Under the pieces are notes generated by a model, which did not search any database, was not told the origin of the DNA, and saw nothing but the letters and a program-made list of their open reading frames with translations. Below are positions 1 through 11,918 of a DNA stretch of 24,000 nucleotides, one piece after another. How positions within the stretch are numbered: the stretch's first letter is position 1; the number at the start of each line of letters is the position of its first letter. The DNA comes from Rhodococcus sp. ACT016 (GTDB taxonomy: Bacteria; Actinomycetota; Actinomycetes; Mycobacteriales; Mycobacteriaceae), in NCBI RefSeq assembly GCF_050477185.1, contig NZ_JBEAET010000001.1, forward strand, positions 835,579 through 859,578. Reading direction: 5' to 3'. Both the position numbers and the translations under genes were made by a program.

Positions 1-531
1 GTTCGACTCCTCGGTCCACTCGACCGGCGTGCCGGTCTCGGTGGCGATGCGGGTGCCGTCCTCGAGGACGGTCGTCTCCTCCTCGGCGTGGAACGCCTCG
101 TCGCGGACCGAGTACCAACCCGAGTAGGTGTCGAGATAGATGTCGCCCGCCGCGACCATCCGCTCCCAGATCGCCTTGCTGGACTCGATGTGGTCCGCGT
201 CGGTGGTCCGGATGAACCGGTCGTACGAGATGCCCAGGACCTTGTCCATCGCCTGGAACACGTCCGAGTTGCGCGTCGCGAGGTCGCGGACGTCGATGCC
301 TTCCTTGGCCGCCGTCTGCTGCATCTTCAGGCCGTGCTCGTCGGTGCCCGTCATGAAGAACACGTCGAATCCGTCGAGGCGCTTGAAGCGCGCGATCGCG
401 TCCGACGAGATGTACTCGTAGGCGTGTCCGATGTGCGGGACGCCGTTCGGGTACGCGATCGCGGTCGTCAGATAGAACGGCGGCCGGTCCGTCGGGGCAG
501 GCATCGGGTTGGGCGAGGAAGGCACAGTCAT
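1..531 (-). CDS. metG: methionine--tRNA ligase, N-terminal 177 codons (gene runs off the left edge)
   Basis: Not in the ORF track because it runs off the edge. My translation of the reverse strand from ATG 531..529 is open to position 1: [74 protein letters not shown]... It has the class-I HIGH signature (PHIGHAYE) in a typical MetRS context. It is divergent from tatD, as in M. tuberculosis. Confidence 0.93.
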   Translation of the reverse strand, partial: MTVPSSPNPMPAPTDRPPFYLTTAIAYPNGVPHIGHAYEYISSDAIARFKRLDGFDVFFMTGTDEHGLKMQQTAAKEGIDVRDLATRNSDVFQAMDKVLGISYDRFIRTTDADHIESSKAIWERMVAAGDIYLDTYSGWYSVRDEAFHAEEETTVLEDGTRIATETGTPVEWTEESN

Positions 532-539
532 GGTGCGCC

Positions 540-546
540 TACTCTA
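540..546. promoter_or_regulatory. overlapping divergent -10-like hexamers (TACTCT on +, TAGAGT on -) in the 20-bp metG/tatD spacer
   Basis: TACTCT (540..545) fits TANNNT and lies 6 nt before the tatD GTG at 552, which is leaderless-mRNA geometry. The reverse complement TAGAGT (546..541) lies 9 nt before the metG ATG. Motif reading only. Confidence 0.3.
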
Positions 547-551
547 TCGAC

Positions 552-1391
552 GTGAGCAAAGATCGTCCCGCCCCGGACCTGCCCGAGCCGCTTTTTCCGC
601 TCGTCGACGCGCACACGCACCTCGATGCGTGCGGTGCCACCGATGCTGCGAGCGTGCGCGAGATCGTGGATCGGGCGGCGTCGGTCGGCGTCGAGCGGGT
701 GGTCACCGTCGCCGACGATCTGTCGGCGGCACAGTTCGCTGTCGACGCCGCGAACTGGGACGACCGGGTCTTCGCGGCGGTCGCGATCCACCCGACCCGG
801 GCCAACTCCCTCGACGACGCCACGAAGGCGGAGATCGAGCGGCTCGTGGCCGACCCCCGCGTGGTCGCGGTGGGCGAGACCGGGCTGGACCTGTACTGGC
901 CGGGCAAGCTCGACGGCTGCGCGACGTCGGAGGAGCAGGAGGACGGCTTCCGCTGGCACATCGACCTCGCGAAGCGCCTCGGTAAGCCGCTGATGATCCA
1001 CAACCGCGAGGCCGACACCGACCTGCTGCGCGTGCTGGATTCCGAGGGCGCGCCCGAGACGGTGATCTTCCACTGCTTCTCGTCCGACGCGACCATGGCG
1101 CGCGCCTGCGTCGACGCCGGCTACGTGCTGAGCTTCTCCGGCACCGTCAGCTTCAAGAACGCGAAGGCGCTGCGCGAGGCCGCGCTGCTGGTGCCGGCGG
1201 ATCAGCTGCTCGTCGAGACCGACGCGCCGTATCTCACCCCGCACCCGTTCCGCGGCGCGCCCAATCAGTCGTACTGCCTGCCGTACACGCTGCGGGCGCT
1301 CGCCGAGGTGCGCGGCGAGGATCCCGTCGAACTGGCGAAGGCGTCGACGGCGACCGCCGAGCGCGTCTACCGGCTGCCCGCGCGCGGCTGA
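552..1391 (+). CDS. tatD: TatD-family metal-dependent hydrolase/DNase
   Basis: 279-aa ORF with GTG start. TatD motifs present: VDAHTHLD, GETGLDLYW, IHNREA, FHCFSS, ETDAPYLTPHPFRG. Position next to metG matches mycobacterial synteny. Confidence 0.9.
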   Translation: MSKDRPAPDLPEPLFPLVDAHTHLDACGATDAASVREIVDRAASVGVERVVTVADDLSAAQFAVDAANWDDRVFAAVAIHPTRANSLDDATKAEIERLVADPRVVAVGETGLDLYWPGKLDGCATSEEQEDGFRWHIDLAKRLGKPLMIHNREADTDLLRVLDSEGAPETVIFHCFSSDATMARACVDAGYVLSFSGTVSFKNAKALREAALLVPADQLLVETDAPYLTPHPFRGAPNQSYCLPYTLRALAEVRGEDPVELAKASTATAERVYRLPARG

Positions 1392-1398
1392 GCCTCAC

Positions 1399-1454
1399 CG
1401 CCCATTCTCGACGGCATCGTGCGGGATCCCGCGCGGGCGAGCGAAGAATGGGCG
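1399..1454. terminator. nested inverted repeats filling the convergent tatD/pirin spacer (candidate bidirectional terminator)
   Basis: CGCCCATTCT (1399..1408) is the exact reverse complement of AGAATGGGCG (1445..1454). An inner perfect palindrome GCGGGATCCCGC sits at 1421..1432. No U-tract. Confidence 0.35.
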
Positions 1455-1455
1455 C

Positions 1456-2448
1456 TCAGGCCGACGGCGGGTTCTTCCGCGGCCTGATCCGGGCGTTGGG
1501 CAGCGGCGGCGCGGGCAGCCGCTGGACCGCACCGCGGTACCCCTCCACCGCGCCGAACCGGTCCGACTCGGCCTGCCATTCGTCGCGGAACTGCGCGATC
1601 TCCTCGTGGCTGCGGCCGACGAAGTTCCACCACATCACGATCTCCTCGCCGAACGGTTCGCCGCCGAGCAGTACGACGCGGGCCGGTTCGTCGGTGAGGT
1701 TCGTCAGCGTCAGCGTCGACGCCCCGATCCCGACGTAGCCGAGGTCGGCGCGGGCGAGGTCGATGTCCTCGAGTCGGACGGCGCCGGTGTCGACGAGCGC
1801 GCCGTGTTCGAAGGTCGGGTCGACGTCCAGGCGCACCCGGGCGCGCGGGTCGAGGGTGAGTTCCGCACCGAGCAGGGGAGTGAAGGTGTGGACGGGCGAC
1901 CGGGATCCGACCAGCGAGCCGAGAAACACCCGGGCAGACGCACCCTCGACCGACACGACCGGCGGCACGTAGTGCGCGAAGTCGCGCGGGGCGTCGCGGG
2001 CCGCGTCGGGCAGGGCCACCCACAACTGGACGCCGTGCAGGATCGTCGTGTCCGGTGTCGAGACCTCGGAGTGGCAGATGCCGCGGCCGCCGGTCATGAG
2101 GTTGACCTCGCCGGGCCGGACCATCGCGTGCACGCCCATGCTGTCGCGGTGCTCGATCTCTCCGGTGAACAGCCAGCTGACGGTCTGCAGGCCGGTGTGC
2201 GGATGCGGCGCGACGTCCATGCCGCCGGTGAGCGCGACGTCGTCGGGTCCGTAGTGGTCGGCGAAGCACCACGCGCCGATCAGTGACCGTTGCCGTTGCG
2301 GCAGCGTCCGGCGCACCGGCATCGCGCGCGGACCGCCCAGTGGCACCTCGCGGGACGTGATGACCTCCGTCAGGGGTCGCCCGGCGACGGGTTCGTCGGG
2401 GCCGTGCTCGCACTCGATCTCGACCGGATCGGCTTCGACATTGCTCAT
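1456..2448 (-). CDS. pirin-family (bicupin) protein
   Basis: 330-aa ORF. The N-terminal cupin carries the pirin metal-binding region: FADHYGPDDV..GMDVAPHPHTGLQTVSWLFTGEIEHRDS, then NLMTGGRGICHSE. A second cupin-like half follows. Confidence 0.88.
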   Translation of the reverse strand: MSNVEADPVEIECEHGPDEPVAGRPLTEVITSREVPLGGPRAMPVRRTLPQRQRSLIGAWCFADHYGPDDVALTGGMDVAPHPHTGLQTVSWLFTGEIEHRDSMGVHAMVRPGEVNLMTGGRGICHSEVSTPDTTILHGVQLWVALPDAARDAPRDFAHYVPPVVSVEGASARVFLGSLVGSRSPVHTFTPLLGAELTLDPRARVRLDVDPTFEHGALVDTGAVRLEDIDLARADLGYVGIGASTLTLTNLTDEPARVVLLGGEPFGEEIVMWWNFVGRSHEEIAQFRDEWQAESDRFGAVEGYRGAVQRLPAPPLPNARIRPRKNPPSA

Positions 2449-4914
<2,466 letters not shown>

Positions 4915-4943
4915 CCGTTTGCCGCGTGGGTTAGGTTCTTGAG

Positions 4944-5843
4944 GTGTCAGACGCCGTGCCGCCCCCCATCCATCCGCGAGGACAGGCCGCCCTGCTGGGC
5001 CCAGCCGAGGTCCGGGCTCTCGCCGAAGAGTTCGGGGTGCGCCCCACCAAGCAGCTCGGTCAGAACTTCGTGCACGACGCGAACACGGTGCGTCGCATCG
5101 TCGCGACCGCGGGTGTCGGCCCGCAGGACACGGTGCTCGAGGTCGGTCCGGGGCTCGGTTCGCTGACGTTGGCGCTGCTCGACGTCGTCGACAAGGTCGT
5201 GGCCGTCGAGATCGATCCCAAGCTGGCCGCGCGGCTGCCGGCGACGGTCGCGGACCGGGCGCCGGAACTGACGGACCGGCTGACGGTCGTGGGCGCCGAC
5301 GCCATGCGGGTGATGCCCGAGGACGTCCCGGGTGAGCCGACGGCGCTGGTCGCGAATCTGCCGTACAACGTGGCGGTCCCGGTCCTGCTGCATCTGTTCG
5401 CCGAGTTCCCGAGCCTGCGCACCGCGCTGGTGATGGTGCAGTCCGAGGTCGCCGACCGGCTCGCCGCGACGCCGGGAAACAAGGTGTACGGCGTGCCAAG
5501 TGTGAAGGCCAACTTCTTCGGCGCGGTCAAGCGCGCCGGCGCAGTCGGACGCGCGGTGTTCTGGCCGGTGCCGCAGGTCGAGTCCGGTCTGGTGCGCATC
5601 GACCGGTACACCGAGGAGCCGTGGCCGATGGACGCCGCCCACCGGCGCCGGGTCTTCGGGGTCATCGACGCCGCATTCGCGCAGCGCCGCAAGACTCTTC
5701 GCGCCGCGCTCGCGGGTTGGGCCGGCTCGCCGGCCGAGGCCGAGCGCCGGCTCGTGGCCGCGGGAATCGAACCGTCGACCCGCGGCGAGAAGCTCGATGC
5801 CGCCGCCTTCGTGCGGCTCGCCGCGACCCCGGAATCGGAGTGA
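4944..5843 (+). CDS. rsmA: 16S rRNA (adenine1518/1519-N6)-dimethyltransferase
   Basis: 299 aa. Motifs [19 protein letters not shown]-binding [12 protein letters not shown], and [10 protein letters not shown]. Sits 29 nt after rpfB copy 2, as with ksgA after rpfB in M. tuberculosis. Confidence 0.93.
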   Translation: MSDAVPPPIHPRGQAALLGPAEVRALAEEFGVRPTKQLGQNFVHDANTVRRIVATAGVGPQDTVLEVGPGLGSLTLALLDVVDKVVAVEIDPKLAARLPATVADRAPELTDRLTVVGADAMRVMPEDVPGEPTALVANLPYNVAVPVLLHLFAEFPSLRTALVMVQSEVADRLAATPGNKVYGVPSVKANFFGAVKRAGAVGRAVFWPVPQVESGLVRIDRYTEEPWPMDAAHRRRVFGVIDAAFAQRRKTLRAALAGWAGSPAEAERRLVAAGIEPSTRGEKLDAAAFVRLAATPESE

Positions 5844-6009
5844 CGCCGAATCCTTCCTCATGACAGGGGGATTCGGGTATTCGCCGGAACCCGGACATCC
5901 GCCGATTCGATCGAGCGGGAGTTCTGGACCAGAATGGACCGGGCGGTCGCTGTCGGGGGAGATCGCCGCGGAACGATCCCTTCGAGTTGTGGTTTCGAGG
6001 AAAACGGTT

Positions 6010-6636
6010 GTGAACAAGCGAATGTGGGCTTACCTGCGACGGTCGATCGGGGTGGCGTCGGTGGTGGCTGCGACGGCGTTGGTCGCCGGTTGCGGTGGAA
6101 CGGTAGAGGGTACTGCGGCGGCAGCCGACGGCGCGGGGTCGACGACGTCGTCGAGGACCACGACCAGTGCGGCCCCCAGTACGGTGGCCGGGCAGCAGGG
6201 CTCCGACACCGGCGGCTCGGTCGACATCGACGTGGAGATCGGTGACTGCGTGCGCCTGGGCGGCACGTCGGACGCCGCGACGATCGCCGAAGCCGCTTGC
6301 GGCGGTGGCAGGTCCAACTACAAGGTTGTCGCCAAGGCGGCGGCGAACGCGCAGTGCCCGTCGGACGTCGATCAGGTCTACTACGAGACCAAGTGGGGCA
6401 GTGAGCGTGGCGCCCTGTGCCTCGACGTCGACTGGGTGATCGGCGGCTGCATGAGCCTGCCCGACGGCGAGGACGAACCGCAGCGCGTGGACTGCGGTGA
6501 CCCGACCGCGCCCAACATCGAGCGGGCGGTCGAGATCATCGAGGGCGCCACGGACGTCGAGGCGTGCTCGGAGGGCGGCTTCGTCCACGACGAGCGCCGC
6601 TTCACCGTGTGCACGGAGACAGTGAGCTATTCGTAG
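6010..6636 (+). CDS. Cys-rich lipoprotein (LppU/SCO3897-like, tentative)
   Basis: In frame with track ORF 5797..6636, but the upstream 70+ codons precede a signal peptide and are unlikely to be coding. Start is GTG 6010 (GAGG 9 nt upstream) or ATG 6022. Signal peptide plus lipobox: MWAYLRRSIGVASVVAATALVAGC. A Ser/Thr/Ala-rich linker follows, then 8 further Cys in a repeated GDC/GGC...C pattern. Confidence 0.7.
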   Translation: MNKRMWAYLRRSIGVASVVAATALVAGCGGTVEGTAAAADGAGSTTSSRTTTSAAPSTVAGQQGSDTGGSVDIDVEIGDCVRLGGTSDAATIAEAACGGGRSNYKVVAKAAANAQCPSDVDQVYYETKWGSERGALCLDVDWVIGGCMSLPDGEDEPQRVDCGDPTAPNIERAVEIIEGATDVEACSEGGFVHDERRFTVCTETVSYS

Positions 6637-6643
6637 CCCGCGG

Positions 6644-6685
6644 CGAACGGCCCGGAGGGATCCCCTCCGGGCCGTTCGTGTTTCT
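6644..6685 (+). terminator. intrinsic terminator after the lipoprotein gene
   Basis: Perfect 16-bp stem CGAACGGCCCGGAGGG (6644..6659) / CCCTCCGGGCCGTTCG (6663..6678) with a 3-nt loop, followed by TGTTTCT. Confidence 0.75.
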
Positions 6686-6819
6686 GCCCCGGCGGCGGAG
6701 TGTCGGGACGCCCTCCGATCTCACTGAACGGGACCGGGCAGTCCGTACGAACTGGACTCGACCTACCCTCTCCGCAATCTGTGGCGGAGGTCACAGTTTC
6801 TCGAGTGGTGGGAGGCTGC

Positions 6820-8418
6820 GTGGGCAGTAGATCGGTATTCGGCAAGGGGCTCGTCGCGGCCGTGGTCGCGAGTGCGCTGGTCCTCGCGGGCTGTGCGAAC
6901 TCGGACGGCGGCAGTGACTCCGGCGACACGCGTACCCCACCGGCCGTCGGCCTCGTGGGCGACCAGGACGGCACCCCCGGCCCGGTGCCCCAGCTGACGT
7001 TCAGCGTGCAGGCGCTCGCGGCCACCCTCGATCCGGCGAAGACCGCCGCACGCGGCGGCAGCGGCGGCGACGAGCTGGCCGCGGTCTACGACGTCCTGCT
7101 GCGCTACGACGACAAGACCGGCGAATTCGTGCCCCGACTGGCGCAGTCGTTCACGGCGGACGGCAGCGGCATGGTGTGGACGCTGAAGCTCCGCCCGGGC
7201 GTCACGTTCAGCGACGGCACGCCGTTGGACGCGAACGCGGTGGTGGCCAGCATTAACCGCTACAACACCAACCGGGGCAACGGTGCCGCCGTGTGGGTGG
7301 ACGCCGTCGAGTCGACGAATGCGGTCGATCCGCAGACCGTCGAGTTCCGCCTGCGCAAGCAGTGGCCGACGTTCCCGTCCATGCTGGCCCTCGGCCACGG
7401 CATGATCGTCGCGCCCAGTGCGGGCGACGGTGAGGCGTTCAAGCCGATCGGCGCCGGTCCGTTCGTGCTCGAGCGGTACGCACCGAACGAGGAGCGGGTG
7501 CTCACCGCGCGGGCCGACTACTGGAACGGCAAGCCCAACGCGGACCGCGTCCGCTTCATCGCGCTCAGCGGTTCGCGGGAGAACCTCGAATCGTTGAAGA
7601 CGAACGGCATCGACATCGGCTTCATGCGCGGTAACCCGCAGGCGATCTACGACGCCCTCGACGCCGACTACCCGGGTTCGTTCAGCATTCTCAACAGCGG
7701 CGGCGCCGAGTTGGTCAACAACCGTGAGGGCCGCCCCGGTGCCGACGTCCGGGTCCGCAAGGCGATCGCGCTGGCGATCGATCCGGAGTTGGTCGGCCAG
7801 CGCGGCGACAACGGTCTCGGGTTGCCCGGCAAGGCCATGTTCGACGAGCGGTCCCGCTGGGCCACCGATGTCCAGGGCCTGCCTTACGATCCGGACGCCG
7901 CTCGCAAGCTGCTCGACGAGGCCAAGGCCGACGGCTACAACGGCACGCTGAACTACATCGTGCTGCAGGAGCCCACCGAGGCGGCGATCGGCCTGGCCGT
8001 GCAGTCTCTGCTGCAGGCGGTCGGTTTCACCGTGAACATCATCAACGCGAACAACGCCGGCGACATCGTCAAGCAGGTGTACGTCCAGCACGACTACGAC
8101 ATGGCGCACGCCGGTATCGGCCTGTACGAGGCGATTCCGTTCCTGGGTCTGCAGACCACCCTGGCCGGCAGTTCCACGTCGAACTTCGCCGGGTACTCGA
8201 ATCCGCAGATGGACGAACTGCTCGGCAAGCTGCAGGCGGCCGACGGCGACGACCAGATCCGGGGCGTGATCTCCCAGATCCAGACGCTGTGGAACGAGAC
8301 GGTGCCGAGCGTGCCGGTCAGTTCCGTGATGATCTACGTGGCCTGGCAGCAGAACGTCCGGGGCGTGGTGCCCACCGCGACGGGCATCATGTTGCTGGAC
8401 AAGGCCGGTCGCATCTGA
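6820..8418 (+). CDS. ABC-transporter family-5 (peptide/nickel, DppA/OppA-like) solute-binding lipoprotein, orphan
   Basis: Track ORF is 6700..8418. The likely start is GTG 6820 (GGGAGG 4 nt upstream), giving signal peptide plus lipobox VGSRSVFGKGLVAAVVASALVLAGC. SBP_bac_5 signature region WTLKLRPGVTFSDGTPLDANAV. No permease or ATPase genes are adjacent. Confidence 0.85.
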   Translation: MGSRSVFGKGLVAAVVASALVLAGCANSDGGSDSGDTRTPPAVGLVGDQDGTPGPVPQLTFSVQALAATLDPAKTAARGGSGGDELAAVYDVLLRYDDKTGEFVPRLAQSFTADGSGMVWTLKLRPGVTFSDGTPLDANAVVASINRYNTNRGNGAAVWVDAVESTNAVDPQTVEFRLRKQWPTFPSMLALGHGMIVAPSAGDGEAFKPIGAGPFVLERYAPNEERVLTARADYWNGKPNADRVRFIALSGSRENLESLKTNGIDIGFMRGNPQAIYDALDADYPGSFSILNSGGAELVNNREGRPGADVRVRKAIALAIDPELVGQRGDNGLGLPGKAMFDERSRWATDVQGLPYDPDAARKLLDEAKADGYNGTLNYIVLQEPTEAAIGLAVQSLLQAVGFTVNIINANNAGDIVKQVYVQHDYDMAHAGIGLYEAIPFLGLQTTLAGSSTSNFAGYSNPQMDELLGKLQAADGDDQIRGVISQIQTLWNETVPSVPVSSVMIYVAWQQNVRGVVPTATGIMLLDKAGRI

Positions 8419-8440
8419 CCGCGACCGGCACGGCGACGTG

Positions 8441-8478
8441 ACGAGGGCCCGGCGACCGAACGGTCGCCGGGCCCTCGT
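8441..8478. terminator. bidirectional hairpin between the convergent SBP gene and copA
   Basis: Perfect 18-bp inverted repeat ACGAGGGCCCGGCGACCG / CGGTCGCCGGGCCCTCGT separated by AA. It lies 22 nt after the SBP stop and 7 nt before the copA stop on the other strand. Confidence 0.7.
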
Positions 8479-8485
8479 GCATCTC

Positions 8486-10741
8486 CTAGGCGGACGGGCT
8501 GAACCGCCGCAGCCGCAGGCTGTTGCTGACGACGAACACGCTCGAGAACGCCATCGCCGCGCCGGCCAGCATCGGGTTCAGCAGGCCCGCCGCGGCGAGC
8601 GGGATCGCCGCCGCGTTGTAGGCGAAGGCCCAGAACAGGTTGCCCTTGATGGTGCGAAGCGTCTTGCGGGACAACTCGATCGCGTCGGCGGCCGAGCGCA
8701 GGTCGCCGCGGACCAGGGTGATGTCGGCGGCCTCGATCGCGACGTCGGTGCCGGTGCCCATCGCCAGGCCCAGGTCGGCCTGGGCGAGGGCGGCGGCGTC
8801 GTTGACGCCGTCGCCGACCATCGCGACGACCTTGCCGCGGGACTGCAGGTCCTTGACGGCGTCCACCTTGTCGCCGGGCAGTACCTCGGCGATCACGGTG
8901 TCGATGCCCACCTGCGCCGCGACGGTCCGCGCGACGGTCTCGTTGTCGCCGGTCAGCAGCACCGGGGTGAGCCCGAGCGCCTTGAACCGGCGCACCGCGT
9001 CGGCGCTGGTGTCCTTGACCGCGTCCGCGACCACGAACACCGCCCGCGCCTGCCCGTCCCAGCCGGCCGCGATCGCGGTCCGGCCCAGCTTCTCGGCCTC
9101 CTGCTTCGCCCGGGCGAGCTCGCCCGGTAGGTGGAGCGACCAGTCCGCGAGCAGGCTCTCGCGTCCGGCGACCACGGCGTGGCCGTCGACGACACCCTGC
9201 ACGCCCTTGCCTTCGACGTTCACGAAATCAGCGACAGCGGGTAGGTTTCCGACGCTGTCCGCGGCGCCCGCGGCCACCGCCTGTGCGATCGGATGCTCGG
9301 ACGCGTTCTCGAGCGCGCCGACCAGGCGCAGTGCCTCGTCACGGTCGACGTCCTCGGCGGTGATCACGTCGACGAGCGTCATCTTGCCGGTGGTGACGGT
9401 GCCGGTCTTGTCGAGCAGGATGGTGTCGACGCCACGCGTCGTCTCGAGAACCTCGGGACCCTTGATCAGCACGCCCAGTTGGGCGCCGCGGCCGGTGCCG
9501 ACGAGCAGTGCTGTCGGGGTGGCCAGGCCCAGGGCGCACGGGCACGCGATGATCAGCACGGCGACCGCGGCGGTGAAGGCCACCTGCAGCGGGTTGCCGG
9601 TGCCGATCCAGTAGCCCAGGGCGGCAACGGAGATCGCGATCGCGATCGGGACGAACACGCCCGCGATGCGGTCGGCCAGGCGCTGCACTTCGGCCTTGCC
9701 GTTCTGTGCGTCCTCCACCAGTGCGGCCATCTGGGCCAGCTGGGTGTCGCTGCCGACCCGACGGGCCCGCACGACGAGCCGGCCGCCCGCGTTGACGGTC
9801 GCACCCACGACGTCGTCGCCGACGCTCACCTCGACCGGCACCGATTCGCCGGTCAGCATGCTCATGTCCACGGCGGAGCTGCCCTCGACGACGACGCCGT
9901 CGGTGGCGACCTTCTCGCCGGGGCGCACCACGAACAGGTCGTCGACCCGCAATTGGTCTGCGGGAATGCGCGATTCGACACCGTCACGCAGGACCGAGAC
10001 CTCCTTGGCCCCGAGTTCGAGCAGCGCGCGCAGTGCCGCGCCGGCGGTGCGCTTCGACTTGGCCTCGAAGTAGCGCCCGGCGAGCACGAACGTGATGACG
10101 CCGGCCGCGACCTCGAGGTAGATGTTCGCGGCACCGTCCATGCGGTTGATGGTCAGTTCGAAGGCGTGCGTCATACCTGCGGTGCCGGCGGTGCCGAAGA
10201 ACAGCGCATACAGCGACCACGCGAACGCGGCGGACGTGCCGAGCGAGATCAGCGTGTCCATCGTCGCGGTGCCGTGCCGCAGATTCGTCCACGCCGCACG
10301 ATGGAACGGCAGTCCCGCCCACACGATCACGGGAGCGGCGAGTGTCAGCGAGAGCCACTGCCAGTTGGTGAACTGCAGCGCCGGGATCATGGCCATGGCG
10401 ATCACCGGCACCGCCAGGACCGTCGAGACGATCAGGCGGGTGCGCAGCGACGCCAGTTCGCGGTCGCGGGGATCTTCGGCGGTGGACTCGTCGACGGTCG
10501 GGGGAGCCGGCAGGGTCGCGGTGTACCCGGCCTTCTCGACCGCGCCGACCAGGTCGTCGGTGGTGATCGAGTCGTCGAAGACGACCTTCGCCTTCTCGGT
10601 GGCGTAGTTGACGGTCGCCGAGACGCCGTCGAGTTTGTTGAGTCGCTTCTCGACCCGCGCGGCGCACGAGGCGCACGTCATCCCGCCGATCGAGAGTTCG
10701 ATGGTGTCACTGCGGCCGGTTGCGAGATCGGCGGTGGTCAT
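8486..10741 (-). CDS. copA: copper-translocating P1B-type ATPase
   Basis: 751 aa. N-terminal HMA domain ([12 protein letters not shown]), TGES (LTGESVPVE), transmembrane CPC motif ([13 protein letters not shown]), phosphorylation site DKTGTVT, hinge [10 protein letters not shown]. The ATG shares one base with the upstream gene's TGA (TGATG). Confidence 0.95.
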   Translation of the reverse strand: MTTADLATGRSDTIELSIGGMTCASCAARVEKRLNKLDGVSATVNYATEKAKVVFDDSITTDDLVGAVEKAGYTATLPAPPTVDESTAEDPRDRELASLRTRLIVSTVLAVPVIAMAMIPALQFTNWQWLSLTLAAPVIVWAGLPFHRAAWTNLRHGTATMDTLISLGTSAAFAWSLYALFFGTAGTAGMTHAFELTINRMDGAANIYLEVAAGVITFVLAGRYFEAKSKRTAGAALRALLELGAKEVSVLRDGVESRIPADQLRVDDLFVVRPGEKVATDGVVVEGSSAVDMSMLTGESVPVEVSVGDDVVGATVNAGGRLVVRARRVGSDTQLAQMAALVEDAQNGKAEVQRLADRIAGVFVPIAIAISVAALGYWIGTGNPLQVAFTAAVAVLIIACPCALGLATPTALLVGTGRGAQLGVLIKGPEVLETTRGVDTILLDKTGTVTTGKMTLVDVITAEDVDRDEALRLVGALENASEHPIAQAVAAGAADSVGNLPAVADFVNVEGKGVQGVVDGHAVVAGRESLLADWSLHLPGELARAKQEAEKLGRTAIAAGWDGQARAVFVVADAVKDTSADAVRRFKALGLTPVLLTGDNETVARTVAAQVGIDTVIAEVLPGDKVDAVKDLQSRGKVVAMVGDGVNDAAALAQADLGLAMGTGTDVAIEAADITLVRGDLRSAADAIELSRKTLRTIKGNLFWAFAYNAAAIPLAAAGLLNPMLAGAAMAFSSVFVVSNSLRLRRFSPSA

Positions 10742-11676
10742 CAGTGTCCTCCTTCGTGTCCGTCGTGTGCGGGTGCGGATTCGGCCGTCGGCGCCGCTGT
10801 CGGGCCCACCGGAACGGTGAACTCGGCGGTGCGGACGGTGCCCTCGTGCTGGAAGTCGAGGAACAGTCGGTAGGTGCCGACGCTGGGCGCCTGGGCGTGG
10901 AACGTGACGTCCGGTCCCGGAGCGGTGACGCCGTCGCCCGGCTCGCCCTCGGGGTGGACGTGCAGGTAGGCGAGGTCGCCGGTCCGCAGCGCCACTAGGT
11001 GGCCGTACGCCCCCAGGTAGGGATCGAGCTCGGTGACCGGGACACCGTCGCGGCTGACCCGGAGCGTCAGCGGGCCGCCGACGGTCGTCAGGTCGCCGTC
11101 GAGGGTGACGGTGTAGTCGTCGACGGTCGCGGTGCGCGACGCGGCGGGCAGCGGCGCCACCTGTAGATCGCCGGCGACGTCGACGCTCCGGCCGAGCGTG
11201 AGCTGGCGGGGTGCGCCGGTCGCCTGGAAGTCGGCGAAGACGCGGTACGTGCCGCCGGTCGGCCAGGTCCAGTCGACTGACCAGGTCCCGTCCGCGCCGA
11301 GCGTGGGGTGGACGTGCCGGAACTCGCTGGTGTCGGCGCGGACGACGATGAGATGCAGTTGCTTCTCGTGCAGCGCGTCGTACTCGCGGACCGGGTTGCC
11401 CGCGGCGTCGAGGATGCGGAAGGCCAGGGCGCCGGGCCCGCCGGCCCGGGTGGGCGAGGTGATCTCGCCGAGGGTGTATCCGTCCTGCGATACCTGCAGC
11501 CCGGCCGGAACGGTCGTGTCCGTGGTGGCGGTCGTCTCGGCGGCGGCCGCATGGCTGTCGGTGTGTGTGCTCGTCATGTCTATCGGGCTTCCCGTGACGG
11601 CGCCCACGCCGAGGGCCGCGGCGAAGACGACCGCGAGACCCCCGGTGTAGGCGATGAGCGTGGTGGACGTGCGCAT
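10741..11676 (-). CDS. uncharacterised exported/membrane-anchored protein with two internal repeats and His-rich motifs (putative extracytoplasmic copper-binding component)
   Basis: In frame with track ORF 10741..12003, but the first 109 codons overlap copZ. The real start is ATG 11676, with GAGGAA just upstream, 8 nt after the copZ stop. 311 aa with an N-terminal hydrophobic segment [21 protein letters not shown]. Two units of about 105 aa each carry [FY]xHVHP and GTYR[VL]Fx DFQ. C-terminal tail is [11 protein letters not shown]. Function is inferred from context only. Confidence 0.8.
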   Translation of the reverse strand: MRTSTTLIAYTGGLAVVFAAALGVGAVTGSPIDMTSTHTDSHAAAAETTATTDTTVPAGLQVSQDGYTLGEITSPTRAGGPGALAFRILDAAGNPVREYDALHEKQLHLIVVRADTSEFRHVHPTLGADGTWSVDWTWPTGGTYRVFADFQATGAPRQLTLGRSVDVAGDLQVAPLPAASRTATVDDYTVTLDGDLTTVGGPLTLRVSRDGVPVTELDPYLGAYGHLVALRTGDLAYLHVHPEGEPGDGVTAPGPDVTFHAQAPSVGTYRLFLDFQHEGTVRTAEFTVPVGPTAAPTAESAPAHDGHEGGH

Positions 11677-11684
11677 CGGTTTCC

Positions 11685-11894
11685 TCAGATCGGTCGGGCC
11701 GTGTAGCCCGCTTCCTCGACGGCCGCGGCGACCGTGGATTCCGGGAGCGGGGCGGCGGACGTGACGGTCAGGCGGCCGGACTGCAGGTCGACGGCGACGT
11801 CGGAGACGCCCGCGATCGCGCCGACCTCCTCCTTGACTGAGCCGACGCAGTGTCCGCAGGTCATCCCGGTGACGGTGTATTCGGCGGTGCTCAT
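11685..11894 (-). CDS. copZ: heavy-metal-associated (HMA) copper chaperone
   Basis: 69 aa from ATG 11894 (GGGAGA 6 nt upstream): [24 protein letters not shown].... It has the MxCxxC motif and the expected ferredoxin-like HMA length. The 86-aa track ORF has 17 extra N-terminal codons without an RBS. Confidence 0.9.
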   Translation of the reverse strand: MSTAEYTVTGMTCGHCVGSVKEEVGAIAGVSDVAVDLQSGRLTVTSAAPLPESTVAAAVEEAGYTARPI

Positions 11895-11918
11895 CTCGGT
11901 CTCCCTCTGTTGTACCAC

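Noticed and set aside
1367-2413. 348-aa minus-strand ORF overlapping the pirin gene in another frame
   Set aside because: It consists of Arg/Pro/Ala/Gly low-complexity sequence. The pirin frame carries clear cupin motifs.
5797-6009. Upstream part of the 279-aa ORF, including ATG 5860, as an N-terminal extension of the lipoprotein
   Set aside because: It would put 50-70 residues in front of a classical signal peptide and lipobox, and it overlaps the rsmA 3' end. I treat 5844..6009 as non-coding. It contains an 8-bp inverted repeat CCGAATCC/GGATTCGG (5846..5876) with a 15-nt loop, too weak to call a terminator.
8438-10873. Plus-strand ORFs of 230, 324 and 526 aa over the copA region
   Set aside because: They are antisense to a P-type ATPase that carries every canonical motif. 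Their compositions (Arg/Gly/Asp/His runs, or Ser/Thr/Ala/Pro runs) are typical of non-coding frames in high-GC DNA.
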